DNA from: Alphaproteobacteria bacterium
Lineage (GTDB): Bacteria > Pseudomonadota > Alphaproteobacteria > CALKHQ01
Direction: 5' to 3'
DNA length: 64,000 nt
Assembly (NCBI GenBank): GCA_965227515.1
Contig: CBDDFZ010000002.1
Location: forward strand, 256,001 to 320,000
Shown here: positions 39,860 through 48,155 of the stretch, in pieces
How the letters are laid out: every line of letters starts with the position of its first letter
Numbering within the stretch: position 1 is the first letter of the stretch
Position numbers and translations under genes: made by a program
The notes under the pieces: generated by a model
Seen by the model: only the letters and a program-made list of their open reading frames with translations
What the model was told of the DNA's origin: nothing
Databases searched by the model: none

Positions 39860-40828
39860 ATGACAGTGCACGGCCTGCCCGACCTGACCGCGCTGGAGGA
39901 GGCGGTCGCCATCGTCCACGCCGGCATGAACCCGACGCCGCAGTACAACTGGCCGCTGCTGTCGGAGCGCTATGGCGCGGATGTGTGGGTGAAGCACGAG
40001 AACCACACCGCCATCGGCGCCTTCAAGCTGCGCGGCGGCTTCGTCTACATGCACAAGCTCAGGGCGCAGGAGCCGGACTGCCAGGGCATCGTCACCGCGA
40101 CCACCGGCAACCACGGCCAGAGCGTCGCGATCGCCGCGCGTGCCATGGGCCTGTCGCCGGTGCTGGTGTGCCCGGCGACCGCACTTGCCGACAAGAAGAA
40201 CGCCATGCGCGCGTTCGGCGGCGAGATCGTCGAGCACGGCCAGTATTTCGAGGAGGCGCATGCCCGCGCGCAGGACATCGCGGCCGAGCGCGGCTACCAC
40301 ATGATGGAGTCGTTCCATCCCTGGCTGGTGCTGGGGGTGGCGAGCTACGGCATGGAGCTGCTGTCTGCCGTGCCCGACCTCGACACGGTCTATGTGCCGG
40401 TGGGCCTGGGGTCCGGGCTGTGCGGGATGATCGCGGCGCGCGACGCGCTGGGCCTCCCCACCAGGCTGGTCGGCGTGGTGCCGGAAGGCGCGCCGACCTA
40501 CAAGCTGTCGTTCGATGCCGGCCGCCCGGTGCCGACCAACAAGTCGTCGCCTTTCGTCGATGCGCTCATCAACAAGGTGCCGAACGCGGTCGCCCTCGAT
40601 ATCGTCCTGCAGGGCGCCGACCGCTTCGTCACCGTCTCCGACGATGATGTCCGCGCGGCCATGCGCCACCTGTTCGATGACACCCACAATGTGGCCGAGC
40701 CGGGCGGGGCGGCGGCGCTGGCAGCCCTGGGGCGCGAGCGCGATGCGATGGCGGGCAAGACCGTCGCCGTCATCCTGAGCGGCGGCAATGTGGGGCGGGC
40801 GGACTTCGCCACGATACTAGCCGGCTGA
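39860..40828 (+). CDS. PLP-dependent threonine/serine dehydratase family protein
   Basis: Motifs KHEN, GAFKLRG, TGNHGQ, PVGLGSG, EPGGAA and LSGGN. Confidence 0.88.
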   Translation: MTVHGLPDLTALEEAVAIVHAGMNPTPQYNWPLLSERYGADVWVKHENHTAIGAFKLRGGFVYMHKLRAQEPDCQGIVTATTGNHGQSVAIAARAMGLSPVLVCPATALADKKNAMRAFGGEIVEHGQYFEEAHARAQDIAAERGYHMMESFHPWLVLGVASYGMELLSAVPDLDTVYVPVGLGSGLCGMIAARDALGLPTRLVGVVPEGAPTYKLSFDAGRPVPTNKSSPFVDALINKVPNAVALDIVLQGADRFVTVSDDDVRAAMRHLFDDTHNVAEPGGAAALAALGRERDAMAGKTVAVILSGGNVGRADFATILAG

Positions 40829-41112
40829 TCATTCCACGATCACGCCGCCTTGACGGCCTCGCGGAATCCCCTCTATCGTTTGAAGGTCAGGTTCGCCGGG
40901 AAGGCGACAAGCGGCAAAGTTTCGTGTGCCTGTTATTTGGCTCGCATAAGTTGTCGCAAGTGACGTGCAGCCCAGACAAGTTGTGGTCCGGAACGCTGCC
41001 GCTTCGTGGAAGGACGCCGAGGTTGCGATACTAGAGCGCTGTCGACCGTCCTGTTGATGCGGTCGATGGTACTCTTTTCGAAACCCGGCATTTCGAGAAG
41101 AGGGGATCATCG

Positions 41113-42441
41113 ATGAAAGTGCGTGTGTCCAGATTGCTCGCCACCGCCACGGCGCTTGTGCTGCCGGCCGCGGTCTTGGCCCAGGACCTGGCGCCGGTTA
41201 CCGACGAGCCGGTCTATTTCCGTGGCTGGCAGTACCGTACCGACATCGTTCAGGACAACATCGACCGCTACAACAACGAGCTGGGCGGCCACATCGACTA
41301 TGCGACCGTCACCGGCGACTACCCGTCGCTGATGGAGCAGAACTTCATCGCCGGGCGCGAGCTCGACATCCTCTATGCGAACCCGTCGCAGGCGGTGCGC
41401 TACTACGAGGCGGGCTGGATTCTGCCGGCCGAGGAACTGCCCAACAGCGAAGAGATTCGGGCCGACATGTACCCGAACATCCTGGAAGCCTGGTCCCATG
41501 ACGGCCAGCTTCTGGGCTTGTCGTACTTCGTGTCGGTGCGCGGCATGGTGCACGTGAACCTGGAGGCCTATGAGGGCGCCGGCTACACCGCCGACGACTA
41601 TCCGGCGAACTGGGACGAGCTCTACGACATGGTGCTGGCGATGAACGAGGCCGGCATCGAAGCGCCGCTGCTGCCGCACTGGTTCAGCGAGTGGTACGGC
41701 ATTTCCTGGGCGTTCGCCTTCGAGGTGATGAACCGCGGCGGCCAGGTCGCCGACGCCGAGACCCACGCCCCGATGCTGACGGTCGACGGCCCCGGCGGCG
41801 ACACGCTGCGCGCCTGGAAGCGGCTGTGGAACGCCGGCGTGATCCCGGAGGAAGTGTTCACCTACAACGAGGCCGCTTACATCGAGGCCTATGGCTCCGG
41901 CCGCTACGTGTTCAGCCCGCAGCAGTCCTATGACCTGCGGTTCTTCAACGATCCGGCCAACTCGCAGATCGCCGGCCACGACAGCTTCCTGCCCTTCCAG
42001 GGCCAGAGCTGGGGGCTGATCGACAGCGCCATGTACCTGATGAGCACGCGCGAGCGCAGTGACGAGCACACCCAGGACGTGATGTCGGCGGCGAGCTGGT
42101 ACGGCTTCAAGGACCAGAACGGCGACATCTTCGTCGGCAATCGCTGGATGCAGGAATCGATGCTGTTCTCCGGCTACCGCTCGGTGATGGAGGGTCCGCT
42201 GGCCGAGGAGACCATGCTGGCCTCGCTGGTGAAGCCGGAAGACCGCGATGCGCTGCTGGAAGTCTATGCGGCCGCGCCCTATCCGAAGGGCATCTGGAAC
42301 GTGGTCTGGTCGGAGGAGTTCAATTCCTGGCTGAAGGACGAGCTGCCCGAGTTCCTGTTCGATGACGGCGATGTCGAAGAGATGATCGCCGACATCAACG
42401 AGAAGATCGAGGAACTGAACGAAGAATACGGCATCGAGTAG
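41113..42441 (+). CDS. Sugar ABC transporter substrate-binding protein
   Basis: Signal peptide ending VLA-Q. PANWDEL motif. Acidic composition. Followed by two permeases and an ATPase. Confidence 0.82.
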   Translation: MKVRVSRLLATATALVLPAAVLAQDLAPVTDEPVYFRGWQYRTDIVQDNIDRYNNELGGHIDYATVTGDYPSLMEQNFIAGRELDILYANPSQAVRYYEAGWILPAEELPNSEEIRADMYPNILEAWSHDGQLLGLSYFVSVRGMVHVNLEAYEGAGYTADDYPANWDELYDMVLAMNEAGIEAPLLPHWFSEWYGISWAFAFEVMNRGGQVADAETHAPMLTVDGPGGDTLRAWKRLWNAGVIPEEVFTYNEAAYIEAYGSGRYVFSPQQSYDLRFFNDPANSQIAGHDSFLPFQGQSWGLIDSAMYLMSTRERSDEHTQDVMSAASWYGFKDQNGDIFVGNRWMQESMLFSGYRSVMEGPLAEETMLASLVKPEDRDALLEVYAAAPYPKGIWNVVWSEEFNSWLKDELPEFLFDDGDVEEMIADINEKIEELNEEYGIE

Positions 42442-42519
42442 CCGTCGCGTGGAGCGTGCCGGACACCGCGAACTTCGGCTCGCGGTGCCTGGCACGGCAC
42501 CTGCACGTGACGACACACC

Positions 42520-43458
42520 ATGACGGCAGCCTCACCGAGCGATAATCCGTCGCCCGCACGCGGCGTGCGGGCGCGCACCGGCGAGTTGAGCGACCTCAGG
42601 TTCGCCCTCTTGCTGTCGCTGCCCGTGCTGTTGTTCCTGGTCATCATCGTCGCCTATCCGCTGGTTTACGCGGTGTGGCTGTCGCTGAACGAGATCAAGT
42701 TCTTCGGCGGCTACCGGGCCAACTTCGTCTGGTTCGACAATTATGCCGAGGTCTTCGGCGACGAGGATTTCTGGTGGTCGACCTGGGTATCGATCCGCTT
42801 CACGCTGGAATCGGTGGTCCTGACCATGTTCATCGCGTTGGGGCTGGCGCTGATCATGCGCAACAACCGGCGCTGGCGCGGGCTGATCCGCACCCTGATC
42901 ATCATGCCCTGGTCGGTGTCGCTGTACGGCACCGGCATCATGTTCTTCTACCTGGTGCGCGGACAGACCGGCGTCGGTACCACCATCGCCTATGCATTCG
43001 GCGCCGACGACCCGGTCAACTTCCTGAACCGCACCTGGGTGATCGAGGTGCTGGCCGTCGGCAACGCCTGGAACATGGCGCCGCTGGTGGCCTTCTTCCT
43101 GGTCGCCAACATGTCGACCATTCCGGAGCGGCTGTACCATCTGGCCGCCATCGACCGGATGAGCCGGCTGGAGACGTTCTGGAATGTCACCCTGCCGCCG
43201 ATCCGCTTCACCCTGTTCGTCTTCACCTGCATCACCACCGTGCTGTCGCTGAAGCTGTTCGACTACATCTTCGTCATGACCGGCGGCGGTCCGGGCACCT
43301 CGTCGGCGACGCTGACCTACCAGCTCTACAAGTTCAGCTTCCAGGACCTGAAGCTCGGCTACGGGGCGGCGATGTCGTTCCTGCTCTTGTTCATGATCGT
43401 GGGCTCGACGCTGCTGCTCTATTTCGTCTGGGGCCGGCGCGAGGCGAACCGGCCATGA
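42520..43458 (+). CDS. Carbohydrate ABC transporter permease
   Basis: Motifs FVWFDNY, MTGGGPG and GYGAA. The EAA loop is divergent (YHLAAIDRM). Confidence 0.85.
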   Translation: MTAASPSDNPSPARGVRARTGELSDLRFALLLSLPVLLFLVIIVAYPLVYAVWLSLNEIKFFGGYRANFVWFDNYAEVFGDEDFWWSTWVSIRFTLESVVLTMFIALGLALIMRNNRRWRGLIRTLIIMPWSVSLYGTGIMFFYLVRGQTGVGTTIAYAFGADDPVNFLNRTWVIEVLAVGNAWNMAPLVAFFLVANMSTIPERLYHLAAIDRMSRLETFWNVTLPPIRFTLFVFTCITTVLSLKLFDYIFVMTGGGPGTSSATLTYQLYKFSFQDLKLGYGAAMSFLLLFMIVGSTLLLYFVWGRREANRP

Positions 43459-43468
43459 GGGTGCCGTC

Positions 43469-44332
43469 ATGAGACGCGGCAACCCGATCTGGCGCTGGCT
43501 TGCGCTCGGCGTCGCGGTGATCTGGTCGATCCTGCCGATCTACTGGTTCGTCAAGATGTCGTTCCAGACCACGGCGGAGTTCTCGCTGTTTCCGCCGCCG
43601 CTGTTCCCGCCGGCGCCGCAGCCCGGCGCGTTCTTCAACGTGTTCGGCTACGACTACGTCACGGCGTCCGGTATCGAGCTGACGGCCTCCGGCCAGTCCG
43701 GCCAGATCATCGACGGTCTGATCAACAGCATCATCGTCTCGGTCATCGTGACGCTGGTGACCATGGTGGTGGTGATCCCGCTCGCCTATGTGTTCGCGCG
43801 CCTGCAGTTCCGCCACAAGAACAAGCTCCTGTTCGCGATCCTGCTGTCGGTGGCGCTGCCGCCGGTTTCGACCCTGATCCCGTTCTACGCGCTCTATGTG
43901 CAGCTCGATCTGGCCGGCACCCGGCTCGGCCTGATCATCGTCACGCTCACCATCACCATCCCGTTCGTCACCTGGATGATGATCGGCTATTTCCGCAACA
44001 TCCCGCCGGTCGAATGGCTGGCGCGGATCGACGGCTTCTCGCGCTTCTACACCCTGTTGCGCATCGTGGTGCCGATGTGCCGCAGCGGCATCGCGGTCGG
44101 TGCCGTCATCGCGTTCCTGTTCTCGTGGAACGAGTACGTCTACGCGCAGGTGCTGGTGACTGGGTCGAGCGCGGTGACGCTGCCGGCCGCCATGTCCGGG
44201 TTCCTGAACCAGTTCCCGCACCCCGCGCACCTGGCCGCCTGCCTCGCCATCTCGTTGGTGCCGCCGGCCCTGGTGGTCTACTTCCTGCAACGCCACATCG
44301 CCGACATGAACATCGTCGATCCGGTACGATGA
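43469..44332 (+). CDS. Carbohydrate ABC transporter permease
   Basis: Motifs AYVFAR, ARIDG, SWNEY and TLP. Confidence 0.85.
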   Translation: MRRGNPIWRWLALGVAVIWSILPIYWFVKMSFQTTAEFSLFPPPLFPPAPQPGAFFNVFGYDYVTASGIELTASGQSGQIIDGLINSIIVSVIVTLVTMVVVIPLAYVFARLQFRHKNKLLFAILLSVALPPVSTLIPFYALYVQLDLAGTRLGLIIVTLTITIPFVTWMMIGYFRNIPPVEWLARIDGFSRFYTLLRIVVPMCRSGIAVGAVIAFLFSWNEYVYAQVLVTGSSAVTLPAAMSGFLNQFPHPAHLAACLAISLVPPALVVYFLQRHIADMNIVDPVR

Positions 44333-44341
44333 GAACGCTCC

Positions 44342-45451
44342 ATGGCCGAAATCTCCCTTGAAGCGCTGACCAAGACCTTCGGCAGCCAGACCGCGGTCGA
44401 CAGCCTGGATATGTCGATCGCCGACGGTGAGCTGTTGGTGCTGCTGGGGCCGTCCGGCTGCGGCAAGACCACGACGATGAACTGCATCGCCGGTCTTGAG
44501 ACGCCGACGTCGGGCACCATCCGCTTCGCCGGCGAGGACGTGACGGTGCTGCCGCCGCACCAGCGCAACGTGGCGATGGTGTTCCAGTCGTCGATGCTCT
44601 ACCCGCACCTGACCGCGCGCGCCAACGTCGCCATGAGCCTGAAGCGCAGCGGACTTAGCCCGTCGGAGATCGAGACACGCATCGACAACGCGGTGCAGAT
44701 CGTCCACGTGGCGCACCTGATGGACAAGCTGCCGAGCCAGCTTTCCGGCGGCGAGCGCCAGCGGGTGGCAACTGCCAAGGCGATCGTGCGCAACCCGGAC
44801 GTCTTCCTGCTCGACGAACCGCTGGCGGCCCTGGATGCGGCGCTGCGGCTGGAACTGCGGGCCGAGCTGGTCAACCTGCAGAAGCGGCTGTCGACCACCA
44901 TGGTGTTCGTGACCCACGACCAGACCGAGGCGATGACCATGGGAGACCGCATCGCCGTGATGCGGTCGGGGCGGCTGCAGCAGATCGCCACCCCGGACGA
45001 GATTTACAACGCGCCCGCCAATATGTTCGTGGCCGGCTTCATCGGGTCGCCGCCGATGAATTTCATCGAGGGCACGGTCGAGACCCGCGACGGCGCGGCG
45101 TCGTTCGTCCGCGACGGGTTCGCGGTCGCGCTGCCGGACCGGCTGGCCGGAGCATCGTCGCTGCGCACCGGCGGGCGCTATGCGCTCGGCGTGCGGCCGC
45201 AGCACATGTCGGTCAACCCGGCCGGCGGTGCGGCCGATGGCGCGGGCGGGCTGTCGGGGACCGTGTTCGCGCTGGAGCACCTGGGCAAGGAGTCGATCCT
45301 GATCGTCGAATGGTCGGCGGAGGAGAAGCTGCGCGCCATCGTCGAGCCAGAGTTCCAGGCCCGGATCGGCGAGAACGTGGTGCTGGTGCCGGACCTGGGG
45401 CGTGGCTATCTGTTCGATCTCGACGTCGAGGGCACGCCGCGCGTGGTTTAG
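44342..45451 (+). CDS. Sugar ABC transporter ATP-binding protein (MalK-like)
   Basis: Motifs GPSGCGKT, LYPHL, LSGGERQR, DEPL, VTHDQTEAMT and FIGSPPMN. Confidence 0.92.
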   Translation: MAEISLEALTKTFGSQTAVDSLDMSIADGELLVLLGPSGCGKTTTMNCIAGLETPTSGTIRFAGEDVTVLPPHQRNVAMVFQSSMLYPHLTARANVAMSLKRSGLSPSEIETRIDNAVQIVHVAHLMDKLPSQLSGGERQRVATAKAIVRNPDVFLLDEPLAALDAALRLELRAELVNLQKRLSTTMVFVTHDQTEAMTMGDRIAVMRSGRLQQIATPDEIYNAPANMFVAGFIGSPPMNFIEGTVETRDGAASFVRDGFAVALPDRLAGASSLRTGGRYALGVRPQHMSVNPAGGAADGAGGLSGTVFALEHLGKESILIVEWSAEEKLRAIVEPEFQARIGENVVLVPDLGRGYLFDLDVEGTPRVV

Positions 45452-45456
45452 GTGGG

Positions 45457-46962
45457 CTATTGCCGCCCGCCCATCCACAGCACCGCGCTGCCGACATTCT
45501 GGCCGCTTTCCATCTGTTCGTGAATGCGGGCGGCGTCGGCCAATGGCGCGCGCTCTGAAATCTCCACATTGATGGCACCGCGGCGCAGCATGTCGAAATA
45601 GGCATCGGCGAGCGCCCGGCGGCTTTCCGCGCTGTCGGCGTAGTCGGCGAAGTTGGGGCGCGAGACCGTGAGCGAGCGGCGGCCCAGCGCCTCCAGGTCT
45701 TGCGCGCCGACCGGCCCGGACACCCGCCCGTAGAGCACCAGATGCCCCCGGCTGCCGAGCGATGCCACGGAGGCGGCGAAGGTGTCCCGGCCGATGCCGT
45801 CGAAAGCGGCGGCGACCCCGCGTCCCCCGGTCAGCGCCTTCACCTCGGCGGCGACATCTGCGTCGGCGCGGACCAGCACGTGGTCGGCCAGTCCTGCGAC
45901 GGCGGCGCGTTTCTCCGCCGTCGACACGGTGCCGATGACCCGGGCCCCCAGCGCGCGCGCCCACTGGCACAGGATCTGGCCCAGCCCGCCGGAGGCCGCC
46001 TGTACCAGCACCCAGTCGCCATCGGCCGGGCGCACGATCCGGGTCAGGACCGCCGCCGCCGTCATGCCGCGCAGCAGGCTCGCCGCCGCCACCGCCTCGT
46101 CGATGTCGTCGGGCAGCGGCACCGCCACCTCGGCCGGCAGCAGCCGGTGGCTGGCGTAGGCCCCGGGTGGGCCGCCGGCATAGGCGATGCGGTCGCCTGG
46201 CGCGAACCCGCGCACGCCCTCGCCCACGTCCAGCACGCGCCCGGCGCCCTCCATGCCCGGGATCGCCGGCAGCGTGGCTAGCGTGGCGGAACTGCCGGCG
46301 CGGCCGTGCACGTCGATGAAGTTGACGCCTGCGGCGACCTGGGCGATGCGGAGTTCACCCGGGCCGGGCGGTGGCACGGCCACGTCCTCCAGCGACAGCA
46401 CCTCGGGGCCGCCGTGACGCCGCACCACGATGGCCCGCCCGGCAATCGCCTCGCCGACCGGCTGGCGCGTCGAGGGTGTCGGCGCGGCAGGCGCCAAGGG
46501 CGCAGGCGCTGCAGTGCGTTGCGCCGGCTGGGCGACGAGGGCGCGGATGGCCTCGAACCCCGCCCGATAGATATCGTCGCCAACCAGGCGGACCAGCCGT
46601 GCGGCGTCCTCCGGCGGCGGGTTGAACCGCGACTGCCAGCGCCAGTAGGTGGCGTTGCCCATGGTCACCGGCTTGAGGCTCACCGTCGCCACATAGTCGA
46701 TCAGCGGAATCGGCGCCTCCAGCAGGCAATAGGTGAAGCTGTGGACGCGGTCGTTCAGCGCCAGCAACTGCTCGCGCAGCACAGCACCATCGGCGAGCCG
46801 GAAGTGGCGCACCGCGCCCACCATGTCGGCGGGCTCGCCATTCTCGATCTCGCTTTCGGCGACCGCCGGGTGCCAGCGGTCATGACCGTTGAAGTCGCGC
46901 AGCACCGCCCATACCGCCTCGATGGGCGCGTCGATCACGGTGCTGCGGACGACGGTGGCCAC
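45457..46962 (-). CDS. SRPBCC (START-like) domain fused to an NADPH:quinone oxidoreductase (MDR family)
   Basis: The N-terminus (VWAVLRDFNGHDRWHP, REQLLAL) is paralogous to the upstream SRPBCC gene. A Pro/Ala linker follows. The C-terminus has GGPEVL, GVNFID, PGMEGAG, AASGGLG and DGIG. Confidence 0.85.
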   Translation of the reverse strand: MATVVRSTVIDAPIEAVWAVLRDFNGHDRWHPAVAESEIENGEPADMVGAVRHFRLADGAVLREQLLALNDRVHSFTYCLLEAPIPLIDYVATVSLKPVTMGNATYWRWQSRFNPPPEDAARLVRLVGDDIYRAGFEAIRALVAQPAQRTAAPAPLAPAAPTPSTRQPVGEAIAGRAIVVRRHGGPEVLSLEDVAVPPPGPGELRIAQVAAGVNFIDVHGRAGSSATLATLPAIPGMEGAGRVLDVGEGVRGFAPGDRIAYAGGPPGAYASHRLLPAEVAVPLPDDIDEAVAAASLLRGMTAAAVLTRIVRPADGDWVLVQAASGGLGQILCQWARALGARVIGTVSTAEKRAAVAGLADHVLVRADADVAAEVKALTGGRGVAAAFDGIGRDTFAASVASLGSRGHLVLYGRVSGPVGAQDLEALGRRSLTVSRPNFADYADSAESRRALADAYFDMLRRGAINVEISERAPLADAARIHEQMESGQNVGSAVLWMGGRQ

Positions 46963-46976
46963 CGGACAGGTTGTTG

Positions 46977-47414
46977 CTAGCCGGCGAAGCGCCGTTGCAG
47001 CGCGGTCAGCCCTGCGGCGAACACGCCCTGGCCGATGCGGTCGACCAGCGCACGCTCGTCGGCGGGCGCGCAGTCGAAATTGGCCGACCACTCCGCGAAC
47101 GTCTGGTCGCGGTCGGTCACCGGGGACAGCCGCAGCGTCGCGACGTACCCTGTCACCGGCATCGGGCTTTCCAGGATGGCATACATGCAGGTGAAGTCGT
47201 AGTCCGACAGCGCCAGCAACTGCTCGCGGATGCGCGCACCGTCGGTGAGGGTGAAGTTGCGGATGCAGCCGACCTGGTCGGCGGCGCGGCGCTGCTCGAT
47301 GCGGCTGTCGCGGATCAGCGGGTGCCAGCGCGGCAGGCCGTCGAAGTCGCGCACCGCCGCCCAGACGTTGCCGACCGGCGCCTCGATCACCGCTGAGACA
47401 TAGACATGGGCCAT
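46977..47414 (-). CDS. SRPBCC / polyketide cyclase-dehydrase family protein
   Basis: Motifs VWAAVRDFDGLPRWHP, GCIRNF, REQLLALSD and EWSANFD. Confidence 0.88.
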   Translation of the reverse strand: MAHVYVSAVIEAPVGNVWAAVRDFDGLPRWHPLIRDSRIEQRRAADQVGCIRNFTLTDGARIREQLLALSDYDFTCMYAILESPMPVTGYVATLRLSPVTDRDQTFAEWSANFDCAPADERALVDRIGQGVFAAGLTALQRRFAG

Positions 47415-47418
47415 GGGG

Positions 47419-47763
47419 TTAGGGTGTTTCGTCGAGGGTGAGGGATTTGAGCTGCACCATCAGTTTCGGCAAATCCCGACTGACCGTCGCCCACAGGATC
47501 TCGTGATCTATGTCGAAGTAGGCATGAACCAGCCGATTGCGCATGCCCACAATCGCTGGCCAATCAATGTCCGGGATATCGGATTTCGTCTCGTCGCTCA
47601 GCCGTGCGGCAGCTTCGCCAATGATTTCCACGGCTCGAACCAACGCAAACAGCAGCATTTCATCGTTGTCGAGGTCGGAAATCTTGCGGCCTTCCACAAA
47701 CCGCTGTGCCGCTTCGGCTGCATCGATCATGTGTCGCAGCCGGATAGCGTCAGCCGGCGACAT
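47419..47763 (-). CDS. HEPN-domain (DUF86/HepT) RNase toxin
   Basis: Motifs EIIGEAA and IDW, and the RX4HXY catalytic motif in [10 protein letters not shown]. Confidence 0.9.
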   Translation of the reverse strand: MSPADAIRLRHMIDAAEAAQRFVEGRKISDLDNDEMLLFALVRAVEIIGEAAARLSDETKSDIPDIDWPAIVGMRNRLVHAYFDIDHEILWATVSRDLPKLMVQLKSLTLDETP

Positions 47764-48061
47764 ATTGTGGTTCCGCCGAGCGCACGACCTCATCGCGGAA
47801 GTAGCGGCTCAAGTCCTGTGCCGTCCGAAGGTCCACCTTGCGCCCACCCAGTAGCGCGGACAGTTCCAATTCCATTCTCGCCAGATCGAAAAGGGAAGGT
47901 TTGGCATCTGGTTGGAAGTCAACGAGCAGGTCGACATCGCTGTCGGACCTCGCCATGCCTTTTAGGTGCGACCCGAACAACGACAGACGGCGAATGCCAT
48001 GCTGGCGACAAAACCGTGCAAGCGCGTCCTGGTCGGGAAACAATCGTTGATCAATCTGCAC
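47750..48061 (-). CDS. Minimal nucleotidyltransferase (MntA-type) antitoxin
   Basis: The GSX10DXD motif occurs in [20 protein letters not shown], followed by GRKVDL. Overlaps the HEPN gene. GTG start after GAGG. Confidence 0.88.
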   Translation of the reverse strand: MQIDQRLFPDQDALARFCRQHGIRRLSLFGSHLKGMARSDSDVDLLVDFQPDAKPSLFDLARMELELSALLGGRKVDLRTAQDLSRYFRDEVVRSAEPQYVAG

Positions 48062-48155
48062 TTGTACCTCTGTCGGGCCTGGTGGCCGCATAGGTTTGGC
48101 TCACGGTTTTCGTACGCTGTCTCGGGCCAAGTGGCAACTTCGCGCCTGCCTCGAC

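Noticed and set aside
40936-40958. Sigma54 promoter upstream of the second sugar ABC operon
   Set aside because: TGGCTCG is not followed by GC at the required GG-N10-GC spacing.
44329-44361. Sixth relay mini-ORF (MRTLHGRNLP)
   Set aside because: It overlaps the upstream stop, but its own stop falls well inside the ATPase gene rather than on the start codon.
43391-45970. 859-aa minus-strand ORF and similar long Arg/Ala/Pro-rich ORFs
   Set aside because: These are shadow frames over well-supported genes on the opposite strand.
47415-48155. Insertion sequence or integron cassette carrying the TA pair
   Set aside because: I could not identify terminal inverted repeats, an attC-like site, a target duplication or a recombinase.
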